DNA of 64,000 bases from Myxococcota bacterium. GTDB taxonomy: Bacteria > Myxococcota_A > SURF-8 > G963663525. How positions within the stretch are numbered: position 1 is the first letter of the stretch; each line of letters starts with the position of its first letter. The translations under genes and the position numbers were made by a program. The notes below the pieces were generated by a model. That model saw only the letters and a program-made list of their open reading frames with translations, had not been told where the DNA came from and ran no database searches. Below are positions 49,484 to 58,539 of the stretch, in pieces. The DNA is taken from contig CAXXVK010000053.1 of NCBI GenBank assembly GCA_963676915.2, positions 64,001-128,000 of the forward strand, read 5' to 3'.

Positions 49484-49508
49484 GTCAGGTCGTTTTCATT
49501 CGACCTAC
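49480..49508. repeat. REP family A variant overlapping a stop codon
   Basis: GTAGGTCAGGTCGTTTTCATTCGACCTAC. Confidence 0.55.
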
Positions 49509-49547
49509 GATTTTTTCCACCAAAAAAAATCACGCCTCATTCTATAG

Positions 49548-49749
49548 GGGTGCATCACAAAATGGTGCGAATTGGCCCAATAGTATTGAAGCATTCATTC
49601 ATTTGGTCGTAGCGGCGAGGCGTAAGCCCGCCGAAAAGGGAGATTGGGGGTATAAAAGCAACTTTCAAAAGGCAAAAACGGCGGGCTTACGCCTCGCCGC
49701 TACGAAAAAAGAGGATTTTACGAAAGTCGCACTATTTTGTGATGCACCC
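49548..49749. mobile_element. 202-bp MITE with ~23-26-bp TIRs, 9-bp TSD and an internal REP doublet
   Basis: Ends GGGTGCATCACAAAAT(G/A)GTGCGA inverted; ATTCTATAG at 49539-49547 and 49750-49758; internal inverted CGTAGCGGCGAGGCGTAAGCCCGCCG pair. Confidence 0.9.
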
Positions 49750-49867
49750 ATTCTATAGATTCCACAATCAAGATCCTTGACAACCTCCCCTTTCTCGCGC
49801 TAAACCCATACGGATTTCGGTGGTTTACACCGCGTGTTCGAGTGATTTTGGAGCAACGAGAGACATT

Positions 49868-50254
49868 ATGATGGAAGTGCTTTGGGTCGCCATTGCAGGC
49901 GCTATGGGAGCCGTCAGCCGTTTTGCGGTCAGTTCGTGGACGCGAATGCTATGGGGCGAAACCTTTCCTTACGGTACCTTGGCCGTCAACGTGGTCGGTT
50001 GCCTGTTGCTGGGTCTGGTGATGACCTCCAGCCTACTCGACGACCTTTTGCCGCTTCACTTGCGTATGGCGCTGACCATCGGATTTCTCGGAGCTTTCAC
50101 CACCTTTTCTACCTTCGGTTATGAAACCATGCGCTATGTAGAAAGCGGCGACTGGACCACGGCGGGCCTCAACGTTTCCGCCAACGTCATTTTGGGACTG
50201 GTCGCCACCTTCGGCGGCATCTGGCTGGGACGGCAATTTTTCGGCACGCTGTAA
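49868..50254 (+). CDS. crcB: fluoride efflux channel CrcB/FluC
   Basis: GA.GA..R, FPYGTLAVNVVGC and GFLGAFTTFSTF.YE motifs. Confidence 0.95.
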   Translation: MMEVLWVAIAGAMGAVSRFAVSSWTRMLWGETFPYGTLAVNVVGCLLLGLVMTSSLLDDLLPLHLRMALTIGFLGAFTTFSTFGYETMRYVESGDWTTAGLNVSANVILGLVATFGGIWLGRQFFGTL

Positions 50255-50323
50255 TCTTTCTTACCCCCTCCTCACCGCTCCTGTGAACCACGATCCTTCC
50301 CCCGTGAGAAAGCGTACCCGACG

Positions 50324-51523
50324 ATGGCAACCTTCAATCGATCCGAAACCACGACGCTGATTTTCACAAGCTACGGCCATTTCCTGTCTCATTTCAACAT
50401 GTTCGTTTTTCCGGCGCTGGTGCTTCCGCTGTCGAAGCAACTCGATCTCGCCATTCCCGACGTGCTGGAGCTGTCGTTCTGGATGTATCTGCTCTTCGGT
50501 TTGACCGCCCTAGGCTGGGGACTTTTGGGCGACCGTTGGAACCCCATCATGCTGTTGCGTATCATGTTCGTGGGGGCCGGTGTTTCGGCGATTTTTGCGG
50601 GAAACAGCGTTTCGGCCAATAGCGGGTTCGTGCTTGCACTGGCGGCTATCGGTTTCTTTTCGGGTATTTACCACCCGATCGGGTTGGGGATTTTGTCGCA
50701 ACGCATTCGCGCCACCAGTGTGGCGATGGGATACAACGGCATGAGCGGCAACCTCGGACTTGCCGTGGCTCCGCTTCTGGCCGGATGGCTGCAACAGGCT
50801 TTCGGAGTCGCTACGACCTATTACGTGGTCGGTGTGTTGAACCTGTTGGGCGTTTTGCTGGTACTGCGTCCACCTGCACCGAATGCCGCGTTGGCCGCCG
50901 AACAGGCCGATGCCGCCCCTGCTCGCACCAATCTCCGACCGTTCCTGATTCTGCTGGTTGCGATGATGCTGGCGGGTGTGGCCTACCGGGGAGCTTCGGT
51001 GATCGTTCCGACCTTTTTGGCGCTGAAAAGCGAGGCGGTCATTACCTGGCTGACGGCTCATTGGCCCGGAACCCTCACTCCCAACGTGGTCGCCACGACC
51101 GTCACCAGCCTGATTTTTCTGGTGGGTATGGCCGGGCAGTATACCGGCGGCCACCTCGCACAGCGCGCCGAATTGAGACGCATGTACGTTGTTTTCAACG
51201 CCATGATCATCCCCGTGGCACTGACGATCTACTTCCTTTCCGATCTCGCACTGATCGTGTTCGTCTTCCTCTATTTCTTCTTCATGCTGGGATCTCAACC
51301 CATTGAAAACACGCTTATTTCACGCTTCACCCCTCCGCACTTGAGGTTCTCTGCCTATGGAATGAAGTTTGTCTTGAGCTTCGGAGTCGGCTCGCTGGCC
51401 GTGAAACTGGTATCCTGGATTCAGACCCGCTGGAGCCTCGAAGCCGTGTTTCCGTCGCTGGGCGTCGTCGCCGTGCTTCTGGTCGCTACCGGGGCGTTGC
51501 TGTTGAGAGAAAAGAAGTCGTAA
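50324..51523 (+). CDS. MFS transporter (Fsr-like)
   Basis: GHFLSH, G.LGDRW, GIYHPIG and G..G..GNLG motifs; about 12 TMs. Confidence 0.85.
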   Translation: MATFNRSETTTLIFTSYGHFLSHFNMFVFPALVLPLSKQLDLAIPDVLELSFWMYLLFGLTALGWGLLGDRWNPIMLLRIMFVGAGVSAIFAGNSVSANSGFVLALAAIGFFSGIYHPIGLGILSQRIRATSVAMGYNGMSGNLGLAVAPLLAGWLQQAFGVATTYYVVGVLNLLGVLLVLRPPAPNAALAAEQADAAPARTNLRPFLILLVAMMLAGVAYRGASVIVPTFLALKSEAVITWLTAHWPGTLTPNVVATTVTSLIFLVGMAGQYTGGHLAQRAELRRMYVVFNAMIIPVALTIYFLSDLALIVFVFLYFFFMLGSQPIENTLISRFTPPHLRFSAYGMKFVLSFGVGSLAVKLVSWIQTRWSLEAVFPSLGVVAVLLVATGALLLREKKS

Positions 51524-51554
51524 CAGAGCCAAAAATCGTGTAAAACAAAAAATA

Positions 51555-51586
51555 AAGAACCGGCTTTCCTAAAAAAGCCGGTTCTT
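51555..51586 (-). terminator. rho-independent terminator of tRNA-Lys
   Basis: 13-bp stem AAGAACCGGCTTT/AAAGCCGGTTCTT followed by a T-rich tract on the minus strand. Confidence 0.75.
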
Positions 51587-51594
51587 AGAAGTTT

Positions 51595-51670
51595 TGGTGG
51601 GCCCGGAGGGAATCGAACCCTCAACCTTCGGATTAAGAGTCCGCTGCTCTGCCGATTGAGCTACGAGCCC
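51595..51670 (-). tRNA. tRNA-Lys(CTT)
   Basis: GGGCTCGTAGCTCAATCGGCAGAGCAGCGGACTCTTAATCCGAAGGTTGAGGGTTCGATTCCCTCCGGGCCCACCA; 76 nt, encoded CCA. Confidence 0.97.
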
Positions 51671-51676
51671 GGAGCA

Positions 51677-51705
51677 GGTCTATCAATAGTCGGGGAAAGC
51701 GTCAA
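51677..51705 (-). promoter_or_regulatory. probable tRNA promoter
   Basis: TTGACG-17 nt-TAGACC directly upstream of the tRNA. Confidence 0.5.
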
Positions 51706-51744
51706 GATTAAAATGAAAAAACGGTCAAAAAACTGCAAAGGTCG

Positions 51745-52506
51745 ATGATGAAACCCGTTATCGGATTAACCTGCTCCATTTCGGGAATGGATCGAGACCT
51801 TTCGAATGCGTCCGACAATGACCCTGTGGAAAAACTTTCCCGGCGTTACATCTCCTGGGTGCTCGAAGCCGGAGGCGTGCCGCTGATCGTCCCCAACCTC
51901 GGCGATTACGTAGCGCTCGAATCCCTTTTGGATCTGCTCCAGGGACTGATTCTGACGGGGGGCGTCGATCCGGCGGCGGAACTGATCGGCGAGGAGCCAC
52001 ATCCGTCGATTACCGTTCAGCCGGAACGGGACGATACCGAAATCTACCTGTTGCGCAGGGCGCGAGAACGTCGTCTGCCTGTCCTTGGAATCTGTCGTGG
52101 CGTGCAAATGATGGCTGTGGCTTTCGGCGGGGATATCTGGCAGGACCAGAGTCTCCGTTCCCTCGAACGTCCGACAAAGGATCACCGCAGTCTGTCGGAT
52201 GGCCGACCGAGCCTGCATGTCGTCGAAATCGAACCGGCTTCCTATCTGGGAAAACTCGGTGAACGCGAGCGCATCCGTACGAATTCCTCCCACCACCAGC
52301 TTTTGCGACGACTGCCGCCTGGATTTTCCGCTTGCGCGAAAAGCCTGGACGGCGTCATCGAAGCGATGGAACGCGTCGGCCGTGGAGATTACCTGATGGG
52401 TGTGCAATGGCACCCGGAAAAAAGCCCGGAACATCCGATATCGCGGGCATTGATCAACGATTTCATTCAAAAGACCCGAACTTGTCCGGCAGGAGGACGA
52501 GGATAG
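51745..52506 (+). CDS. gamma-glutamyl-GABA hydrolase family (peptidase C26, PuuD-like)
   Basis: AGGVP, LTGG.D, RD..E, LGICRG.Q, NS.HHQ, DG.IEA.E, GVQWHPE. Confidence 0.9.
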   Translation: MMKPVIGLTCSISGMDRDLSNASDNDPVEKLSRRYISWVLEAGGVPLIVPNLGDYVALESLLDLLQGLILTGGVDPAAELIGEEPHPSITVQPERDDTEIYLLRRARERRLPVLGICRGVQMMAVAFGGDIWQDQSLRSLERPTKDHRSLSDGRPSLHVVEIEPASYLGKLGERERIRTNSSHHQLLRRLPPGFSACAKSLDGVIEAMERVGRGDYLMGVQWHPEKSPEHPISRALINDFIQKTRTCPAGGRG

Positions 52507-52710
52507 TCCGAGCTTTTACCTTCTTGAAACTACCATTTTCAATCAATATGCAAAAACCTATCTATTTTTAAGGGGTTGTTGCGCTTTCTATTTGTGGCTT
52601 CCGGGAATTTCACTGGTTTCCGAGGGGAAATTCTGGTAGGCTGGATCGATATGGGAGTTCGGAGGGTCTCTTTTCTTTTTGTATTCATGATAGTTTTGGG
52701 AGGTTTTACT

Positions 52711-53508
52711 ATGATCAAGGCCGGAATTTTTATTGATACCGAAAACCTGGTTCGCTGCGGCGGATGGGGGATGCGCTACGGGGTGGTGCGTCAGCTCGTC
52801 GAAGCCCAACAAGCCACGATATTACGTGCCAATGCCTACATGGCCTACGACAAAGACCGCGAAGTCACCGATCCACTCTACCGAAAAAAGAAAACGGAAT
52901 ATCGCGATTCCGTACGCCGTGAAAGCTATCACCTGACGCTCAAACCCGTCCAGCGCTACACCGATGCCGAAGGTCAGACCGTGACCAAAGCCAACGCGGA
53001 TCTCGATTTAGCGGTGGATGCCTTACTGCAGGCCGAAAACCTGGACTACGTGTTGTTGGGCAGCGGGGATGGCGATTTTCTACGTCTCGTCCGTGCTTTG
53101 CAAAATCGTGGCAAACGTGTGGATTTGTTGGCGTTTTCGAATGTCAGTCAGAATCTTCGTGCCGAAGTGGACAATTTTTTCTCGGGCTACCTGCTTCCGG
53201 GTTTGCTGCCTACCGCCGAGGAAGCCCGCATACGGGGTTTCATGCATCACGTAAACGAGGAAAAAGGCTACGGATTTCTTACCATTCAAACCGGCCTCAA
53301 GCCGGAGGATCGTCGCGAGGACGTGTTTTTGCACATCAATGATTTCAGCGTGGACGGCAACAGCATCGGCAACGAAGCCTTTGCCCGCATCAAAACCAAG
53401 CAGGATCTTCTGGAGTTCGACCTCGTAGAGAACAATTCAGGACGCCCCCAGGCGGTCAACGCCACGTTCTTCCGTCCGGAATTGTTCCGTCCGGCAGATC
53501 TGCCGTAA
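52711..53508 (+). CDS. NYN (LabA/DUF88) domain protein fused to a cold-shock/OB domain
   Basis: IFIDTEN, KANADLDLAVD, GSGDGDF, G.RV; C-terminal EEKGYGFL...DVFLH...QAVN. GGAGG RBS. Confidence 0.88.
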   Translation: MIKAGIFIDTENLVRCGGWGMRYGVVRQLVEAQQATILRANAYMAYDKDREVTDPLYRKKKTEYRDSVRRESYHLTLKPVQRYTDAEGQTVTKANADLDLAVDALLQAENLDYVLLGSGDGDFLRLVRALQNRGKRVDLLAFSNVSQNLRAEVDNFFSGYLLPGLLPTAEEARIRGFMHHVNEEKGYGFLTIQTGLKPEDRREDVFLHINDFSVDGNSIGNEAFARIKTKQDLLEFDLVENNSGRPQAVNATFFRPELFRPADLP

Positions 53509-53588
53509 GGTGGGTCTTGACCGGCTGTGAATCTTCTGCTTAACTCGTAACGCATTCTGATTTCACCACGCGACATGGAGATATTGTG

Positions 53589-54692
53589 ATGGCCAAAACT
53601 CTTCTGCGTCCGCCGTTGAGAACGTTTAAAAACTACGTTGCCGGAAAACCGATCGAGGAAACCCGGAGGGAATACAATTTGAAAGGCCGCATCGCCAAAT
53701 TGGCGTCCAACGAAAATCCGCTGGGTGTATCGCCCAAGGCCCGACAAGCTGTGCTGGATCATGTGGACGATCTTTGGCTGTACCCCGACGACAACAGCTA
53801 CTATTTCCGCCAGAAAGTGGCCGAACGCCATCACTGCGAACCGGAACAGGTATTTCCCGCCTCGGGTTCGGTGGAAGTGATCGAACTGGCCGGAACCGCG
53901 TTTCTGGAAGCCGGGGACAACGTCGTCACCAGCGAACATACGTTCGCCATTTATTACCTGGCGACGATGAAGGCCGGGGCCGAGTTGCGGCAAGCGCCGA
54001 TGATCGACGACGGCTACCGCTACGACCTCGACGCCATGGCCGCACTTGTGGACGAACGCACGAAAATCGTGTTTCTGGCCAACCCGACCAATCCCACGGG
54101 AACCTGGTTCGACGCCGACGAATTCGACGCCTTTATGGAGAAAATTCCTGAAGACGTGCTGGTAGTGTACGATTCCGCCTATGAGGAGTTTCTCACCGAA
54201 CCCAACATGCCCGATCCGTACCGCTATTTCGATGAAGGCCGACGCATCGTGATTATGCGAACGTTTTCAAAAGCTTACGGCTTGGCAGGTATTCGGGCGG
54301 GATACGGCATCGGCCCGGTGGATATCATCCATGGTCTGATGACCTGCCGCTTTCCGTTCAACATGAACCTGCTGGCTCAGGTCGCCGCTATCGCCGCCAT
54401 CGACGACGTGGAGTTCATCGAGCAGTCCAAGCAATTTGCCGTCAAAGAGCTGGAATTTCTGCGCAACGGCTTGGAAGGTCTACCCATCACCGTGCCGCCC
54501 AGCCAGGGGAATTTCGTGCTGGTCGATACGGACAAAGACGCCCAGGAACTCTATGTCGAGTTGATGAAACAAGGCGTTATCACCCGACCCATGGGCGGGT
54601 ACGGCTACCCAGGCGCGTTGCGCGTCAATATCGGACTGCGCGAGGACAACGCGAATTTCCTGAAGGAATTCAAAGCGTTGCTGGAAAAATAG
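53589..54692 (+). CDS. hisC: histidinol-phosphate aminotransferase
   Basis: Y..GKP, KLASNENPLG, YPD, NPTNPTG, D.AY.EF, RTFSKAYGLAGIR.GY, PSQGNF. Confidence 0.92.
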   Translation: MAKTLLRPPLRTFKNYVAGKPIEETRREYNLKGRIAKLASNENPLGVSPKARQAVLDHVDDLWLYPDDNSYYFRQKVAERHHCEPEQVFPASGSVEVIELAGTAFLEAGDNVVTSEHTFAIYYLATMKAGAELRQAPMIDDGYRYDLDAMAALVDERTKIVFLANPTNPTGTWFDADEFDAFMEKIPEDVLVVYDSAYEEFLTEPNMPDPYRYFDEGRRIVIMRTFSKAYGLAGIRAGYGIGPVDIIHGLMTCRFPFNMNLLAQVAAIAAIDDVEFIEQSKQFAVKELEFLRNGLEGLPITVPPSQGNFVLVDTDKDAQELYVELMKQGVITRPMGGYGYPGALRVNIGLREDNANFLKEFKALLEK

Positions 54693-54760
54693 CAGGTCGG
54701 GTGGTTTTCATTCGACCCAAAGAGCGTTTTCGAAAAGTGTCGGGTGAAAAATCTCCCCAC
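54692..54760. repeat. degenerate REP family A doublet
   Basis: GCAGGTCGGGTGGTTTTCATTCGAC ... TTTTCGAAAA ... GTCGGGTGAAA. Confidence 0.6.
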
Positions 54761-54860
54761 ATGTCACAATATGCTTTTTCGGCTTCCAGGCGCTTGCTCC
54801 TCCTCCTTTTCGTCCTATAGTTCATCGAGAAATCGAGATTTCACTTTTTCGAGTACTCAT

Positions 54861-55763
54861 ATGACTTCCTTTTCTCATCAAGGTGAACTGGCAGCGCTTT
54901 TCGCAGCTTTTTGCTGGACCGTCACAGCGCTCAACTTCGAGTCGGCAGGACGACGCGTCGGGTCTTTGCCCGTCAACTTGATCAGGCTGGTATTGGCCTT
55001 TGTCTTTCTTTCGATCTATGGAATCTGGACTCGTGGACATTGGATACCTCTGGACGCCGATTCCACCCATTGGACCTGGCTGCTGCTTTCCGGGATCGTA
55101 GGATTCGTTATCGGTGATTTGAGTCTGTTTCGGGCTTTCGTTCTGATCGGTGCGCGTCTATCGATGCTGCTTTTCGCAAGCGTGCCGATTTTCTCGGCCT
55201 TGTTGGGATGGGTCATTCTCGATGAACATCTCTCGATCTGGGATGGACTGGGAATGGCGTTAACCGTAGGGGGCGTCTCGTGGGTCGTCCTGGAACGGAA
55301 AAAGGGTGAAGATGGCCGAAAAGCCGCCCTACCCGTCACTGGGATACTTCTAGCGCTTGCCGGAGCTTTGGGGCAAGCCATGGGACTGATTCTCAGCAAA
55401 TACGGGATGCGTGACTTCGATCCCTTCGCCGCCACGCAAATTCGCGTTGTTGCCGGTATTTTCGGATTTTCGATCCTTTTTTCCATCCTTGGCCGATGGA
55501 AGCCGACGTTCGACGCCATACGCAACGTTCCTGCCATGAAACGTATCGTTGCAGGATCGTTTTTCGGTCCCTTTTTGGGAGTTTCCCTCTCGCTGATGGC
55601 GATTCAATACACCCAAACGGGTGTTGCCGCCACCATTATGGCTTTGGTGCCGGTTTTAATCATCCCGCCAGCCATACTCCTGTTCAAAGAAAACGTCTCG
55701 TTTCGCGCCGTGTTCGGTGCAATTCTCGCCGTTTCGGGAGCGGCGATTCTGTTTTTGCAATAA
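54861..55763 (+). CDS. DMT/EamA family transporter
   Basis: GELAAL.AA.CW, SG..GF.IGD..LF and GPFLGV.LS motifs; about 10 TMs. Confidence 0.88.
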   Translation: MTSFSHQGELAALFAAFCWTVTALNFESAGRRVGSLPVNLIRLVLAFVFLSIYGIWTRGHWIPLDADSTHWTWLLLSGIVGFVIGDLSLFRAFVLIGARLSMLLFASVPIFSALLGWVILDEHLSIWDGLGMALTVGGVSWVVLERKKGEDGRKAALPVTGILLALAGALGQAMGLILSKYGMRDFDPFAATQIRVVAGIFGFSILFSILGRWKPTFDAIRNVPAMKRIVAGSFFGPFLGVSLSLMAIQYTQTGVAATIMALVPVLIIPPAILLFKENVSFRAVFGAILAVSGAAILFLQ

Positions 55764-55791
55764 AATGTCGTGAAATCAGCACCTTGGAAAT

Positions 55792-56772
55792 TTACAAATC
55801 CACAGGCTGATTCAAATGAGCCGAGAGGTACAGATTCTCGATGACACGCATGTTTTCCACGGCATCCGTCGCATCCCAACGCGGCGGCTTTTTTTCGCGC
55901 CAGGCTCGGGCCAGGTCGTCGGCCTCCATACTGTAGCCGTCATCCCCCTCGACCTCGATGCGTCGTTCTTCCCCATCGGTCTGTAACACCAGAATATCTC
56001 TGGGCTTTCTGGGCTGCCAGGGACGCTCGATAATGAGGTTCCCTTCCGAGCCTCCAATCATCGCCCGCTGTTCGAACTGGCTTTCAAATCCCGCTTCGAA
56101 TTGCATCCGCACCCCGTTTTCGAAGGTCATCGTTCCCCAGAACGTGCGGTCGATGTCGTCTCGATGTTCGCAGCCGTAGACCTGCACCGGGTTGGCCTGC
56201 ATCACCAACCGACCGAAGTTGACGCAGTAGCATCCAAGGTCCATCAACGCGCCTCCGGCCAAAGCGGGATCAGCCTGCACGATGTAGCGTCCCCGAAGGT
56301 TGTAAGTGAATTTTGCGTAGAGCGAACGAATTTCCCCCAGTTGTCCCGAAGCGAGGATCTCTTCCATCTTGCGATAAAGCGGATGAAACCGGTACATAAA
56401 CGCTTCCACGGCGGGAATCCCCGTGGCACGTGACGTTGCAGCCACAAGATCGGCTTCCGCCGTCGTGGCGGTAAACGGCTTCTCGCACAACACCGGCAAC
56501 CCGGCCTCCAGAGCGGCAATCGTCCACTCGGCATGAAGGCTGTTGGGCAAGGGGTTGTAAATCAGGTCTACGTCGCCGGAATCCAGCAAATCCCGATAAG
56601 AACCGAAAGATCGTGGAATTTCATACTGTTCGGCCCACGCTTTGGCACGTTCTGCGTCCCGGCTGGCCACGGCGGCAATCACGCCTTCCCGTCCCATGCG
56701 GACGCCTTCGATCAGCTTCCGTGCGATATTGGCCGTCCCAAGAATTCCCCAACGCAAGCGTTCGTTCGCCAT
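55792..56772 (-). CDS. Gfo/Idh/MocA family oxidoreductase
   Basis: WGILGTANIA, YNPLPNSLH, VLCEKP, EAFMYRFHP, GGALMDLGCY. Confidence 0.92.
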   Translation of the reverse strand: MANERLRWGILGTANIARKLIEGVRMGREGVIAAVASRDAERAKAWAEQYEIPRSFGSYRDLLDSGDVDLIYNPLPNSLHAEWTIAALEAGLPVLCEKPFTATTAEADLVAATSRATGIPAVEAFMYRFHPLYRKMEEILASGQLGEIRSLYAKFTYNLRGRYIVQADPALAGGALMDLGCYCVNFGRLVMQANPVQVYGCEHRDDIDRTFWGTMTFENGVRMQFEAGFESQFEQRAMIGGSEGNLIIERPWQPRKPRDILVLQTDGEERRIEVEGDDGYSMEADDLARAWREKKPPRWDATDAVENMRVIENLYLSAHLNQPVDL

Positions 56773-56939
56773 GCTTTTTCTCCTGATATCCTACAGTTCC
56801 CGGTAGGATAAGGGCTTGTTCGGTTTTATGCCAAAGCTTTTGCTTGGTAAAATCCTAACCCGCATAATTCATGAAAATCGTCACGAGATATCAAGCCAGA
56901 ACGCGATGGATGGGATATGAACTGTCGTAGCGGAGAATT

Positions 56940-57626
56940 TTAAAAACAATAGAGCAGACAATAATACACACCCACTCCCATAAACACGAGCGCCGTAAGG
57001 CGACGCATCCAGCGTTCGATGACGGTAAGGGCGTTGAAAGCTTTGGATAATCGATGGGTTGCAAAAGCGAGGAGTATGGAAAATCCCACCACGGGAAGAG
57101 CCGTGCCGATTCCGTACAACGAAGGAATTATCACACTCGATTCATGCCGGACGGCCAAAGGGATGAGGCTGCCAAAAAACAGAGCCGCCGATACGGGACA
57201 GAACGTGAGGGCAAAAATCAGCCCGAGAAGCGCGGCTCCCCACAAGCCGAACCGGTTCACGCGTCCCTGAAAACGCTCCGAAACTCCCAAGCCTCCACCC
57301 ACCCAGGGCCATGGAATCACATCGAGCAACAGCAGACCCACCACGATCAGGATCGGTCCGAGAAACTGATTCATGTTCCGTTGGAGAAACATCGAAACAG
57401 AAGGTACGGCGGCAAGGCTTTCGACGACGATCAACGCAACGACGAAATAGGAAAACGTTCGCCCCAGCGTATAGAGCAGACCGGAGAAAAGCACCGACAT
57501 CGGGCGATCCACTCGTTTGCCAACATATGAGATGGCGGCAATGTTCGTCGCCAGGGGACAGGGACTGATGGAGGTCAACACACCCAACCAAAGGGCGGTG
57601 CCGAGGGCAAAAACGAAAGATTCCAT
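56940..57626 (-). CDS. arsG: ArsG-like (CcdA/DsbD-fold) aromatic aminoarsenical efflux permease
   Basis: LTSISPCPLATNIAA, YTLGR, FCPVSAALFFGSL; located in the ars cluster. Confidence 0.78.
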   Translation of the reverse strand: MESFVFALGTALWLGVLTSISPCPLATNIAAISYVGKRVDRPMSVLFSGLLYTLGRTFSYFVVALIVVESLAAVPSVSMFLQRNMNQFLGPILIVVGLLLLDVIPWPWVGGGLGVSERFQGRVNRFGLWGAALLGLIFALTFCPVSAALFFGSLIPLAVRHESSVIIPSLYGIGTALPVVGFSILLAFATHRLSKAFNALTVIERWMRRLTALVFMGVGVYYCLLYCF

Positions 57627-58126
57627 CAGCGGGTTTTCAGCATGCCGAGGTAAGCTCGAATTCGTCCCTCGGTATAATCCATCAAAACGGGTCGTTCATG
57701 GGCAAACTCCCACACTTTGCTGCAGTTTTCCCATTTGACGATCTTGTCTCCCGCTTTGGCGACGACGATCAGCGAACTGAAAGAAAGATCGAAGTCTTGT
57801 AGAAAATGTTTGTTGGCGTCCTGATCGAAATTCACATCCTCGAAAACCAGCAGATTTTCTGAGGTTTCAGTGGCGAAACGCTCTTTTATCGTTTGAACGA
57901 TTGCACTTTGAATTCCCAAACAGGTTTTGCAACGGCGATCACCGTGAAAATAATAGGCAACGATCTTGTCCGGTACGATGTTCTCCGCTTTCGCTTCGGT
58001 TTGCGGCTGTACTTTCTTGACAGGTAACGGATTTTCTGCAGCTTTCTTTTCATCGCAGTGGGTTAGAAAAAAAGCGCATCCAAAAATCAACGACAGTACG
58101 ATGAATCGCGAATAGCTGTGTTTCAT
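57626..58126 (-). CDS. arsF: ArsF-like exported thioredoxin-fold protein
   Basis: YYFHG..RC.TC, SSL, W; signal/lipobox; coupled to arsG. Confidence 0.75.
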   Translation of the reverse strand: MKHSYSRFIVLSLIFGCAFFLTHCDEKKAAENPLPVKKVQPQTEAKAENIVPDKIVAYYFHGDRRCKTCLGIQSAIVQTIKERFATETSENLLVFEDVNFDQDANKHFLQDFDLSFSSLIVVAKAGDKIVKWENCSKVWEFAHERPVLMDYTEGRIRAYLGMLKTR

Positions 58127-58155
58127 GGTTTTTTGTCTTTCGGAAAGGTCGGGTG

Positions 58156-58389
58156 TTATCCGATCAGTTTCTTCAATTCATCCATCGAAGGAACTTTGCC
58201 GACGCTTTTGACCTGGCCATCCACCACCAGCCCCGGAGTCATCAACACACCGGCGGCTACAATGGCTTGAATGTCTTCCACCTTGACCACTTCGGCATCC
58301 AGTTCCATTTCCGTGACGGCCCGTTGGGTCATCTCGGCCAGTTTTTTACATTTCGCGCAACCCGTACCCAGAACTTCGATTTTTTTCAT
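58156..58389 (-). CDS. small redox-active disulfide protein (MTH895/ArsE type)
   Basis: I.VLG.GCAKC, KVED, GV..TPGLVVDG...S.GKVP. Confidence 0.88.
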   Translation of the reverse strand: MKKIEVLGTGCAKCKKLAEMTQRAVTEMELDAEVVKVEDIQAIVAAGVLMTPGLVVDGQVKSVGKVPSMDELKKLIG

Positions 58390-58438
58390 GATATCGTCCT
58401 CTTTCCTGAATGATTTTCACCGGTTTTCAATTTGTCAC

Positions 58439-58512
58439 GTAGCGGTCAGGTGGTTTCCACCCGACGATATTCAAAAACGGTTCTCATTGTCGGGTGAAAT
58501 CACCCGACCTAC
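58439..58512. repeat. REP family A doublet inside the ars operon
   Basis: GGTCAGGTGGTTTCCACCCGAC, spacer, then GTCGGGTGAAATCACCCGACCTAC (identical to the 42780-42803 arm). Confidence 0.8.
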
Positions 58513-58539
58513 TTCTAAGTATTTGTAATAAATCATGTA

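Noticed and set aside
49760-49867. Fluoride riboswitch upstream of crcB
   Set aside because: The consensus elements (GGnGATGG..., TGATGnCnCCT) are not visible; only a TTGACA promoter-like box is present. An Rfam scan would settle it.
51595-51670. tRNA-Lys as an integration site
   Set aside because: No duplicated tRNA 3' end and no integrase in the window; a terminator follows directly.
56940-58389. Selenocysteine recoding in the redox proteins
   Set aside because: The CxxC motifs are encoded by ordinary Cys codons, with no in-frame TGA.
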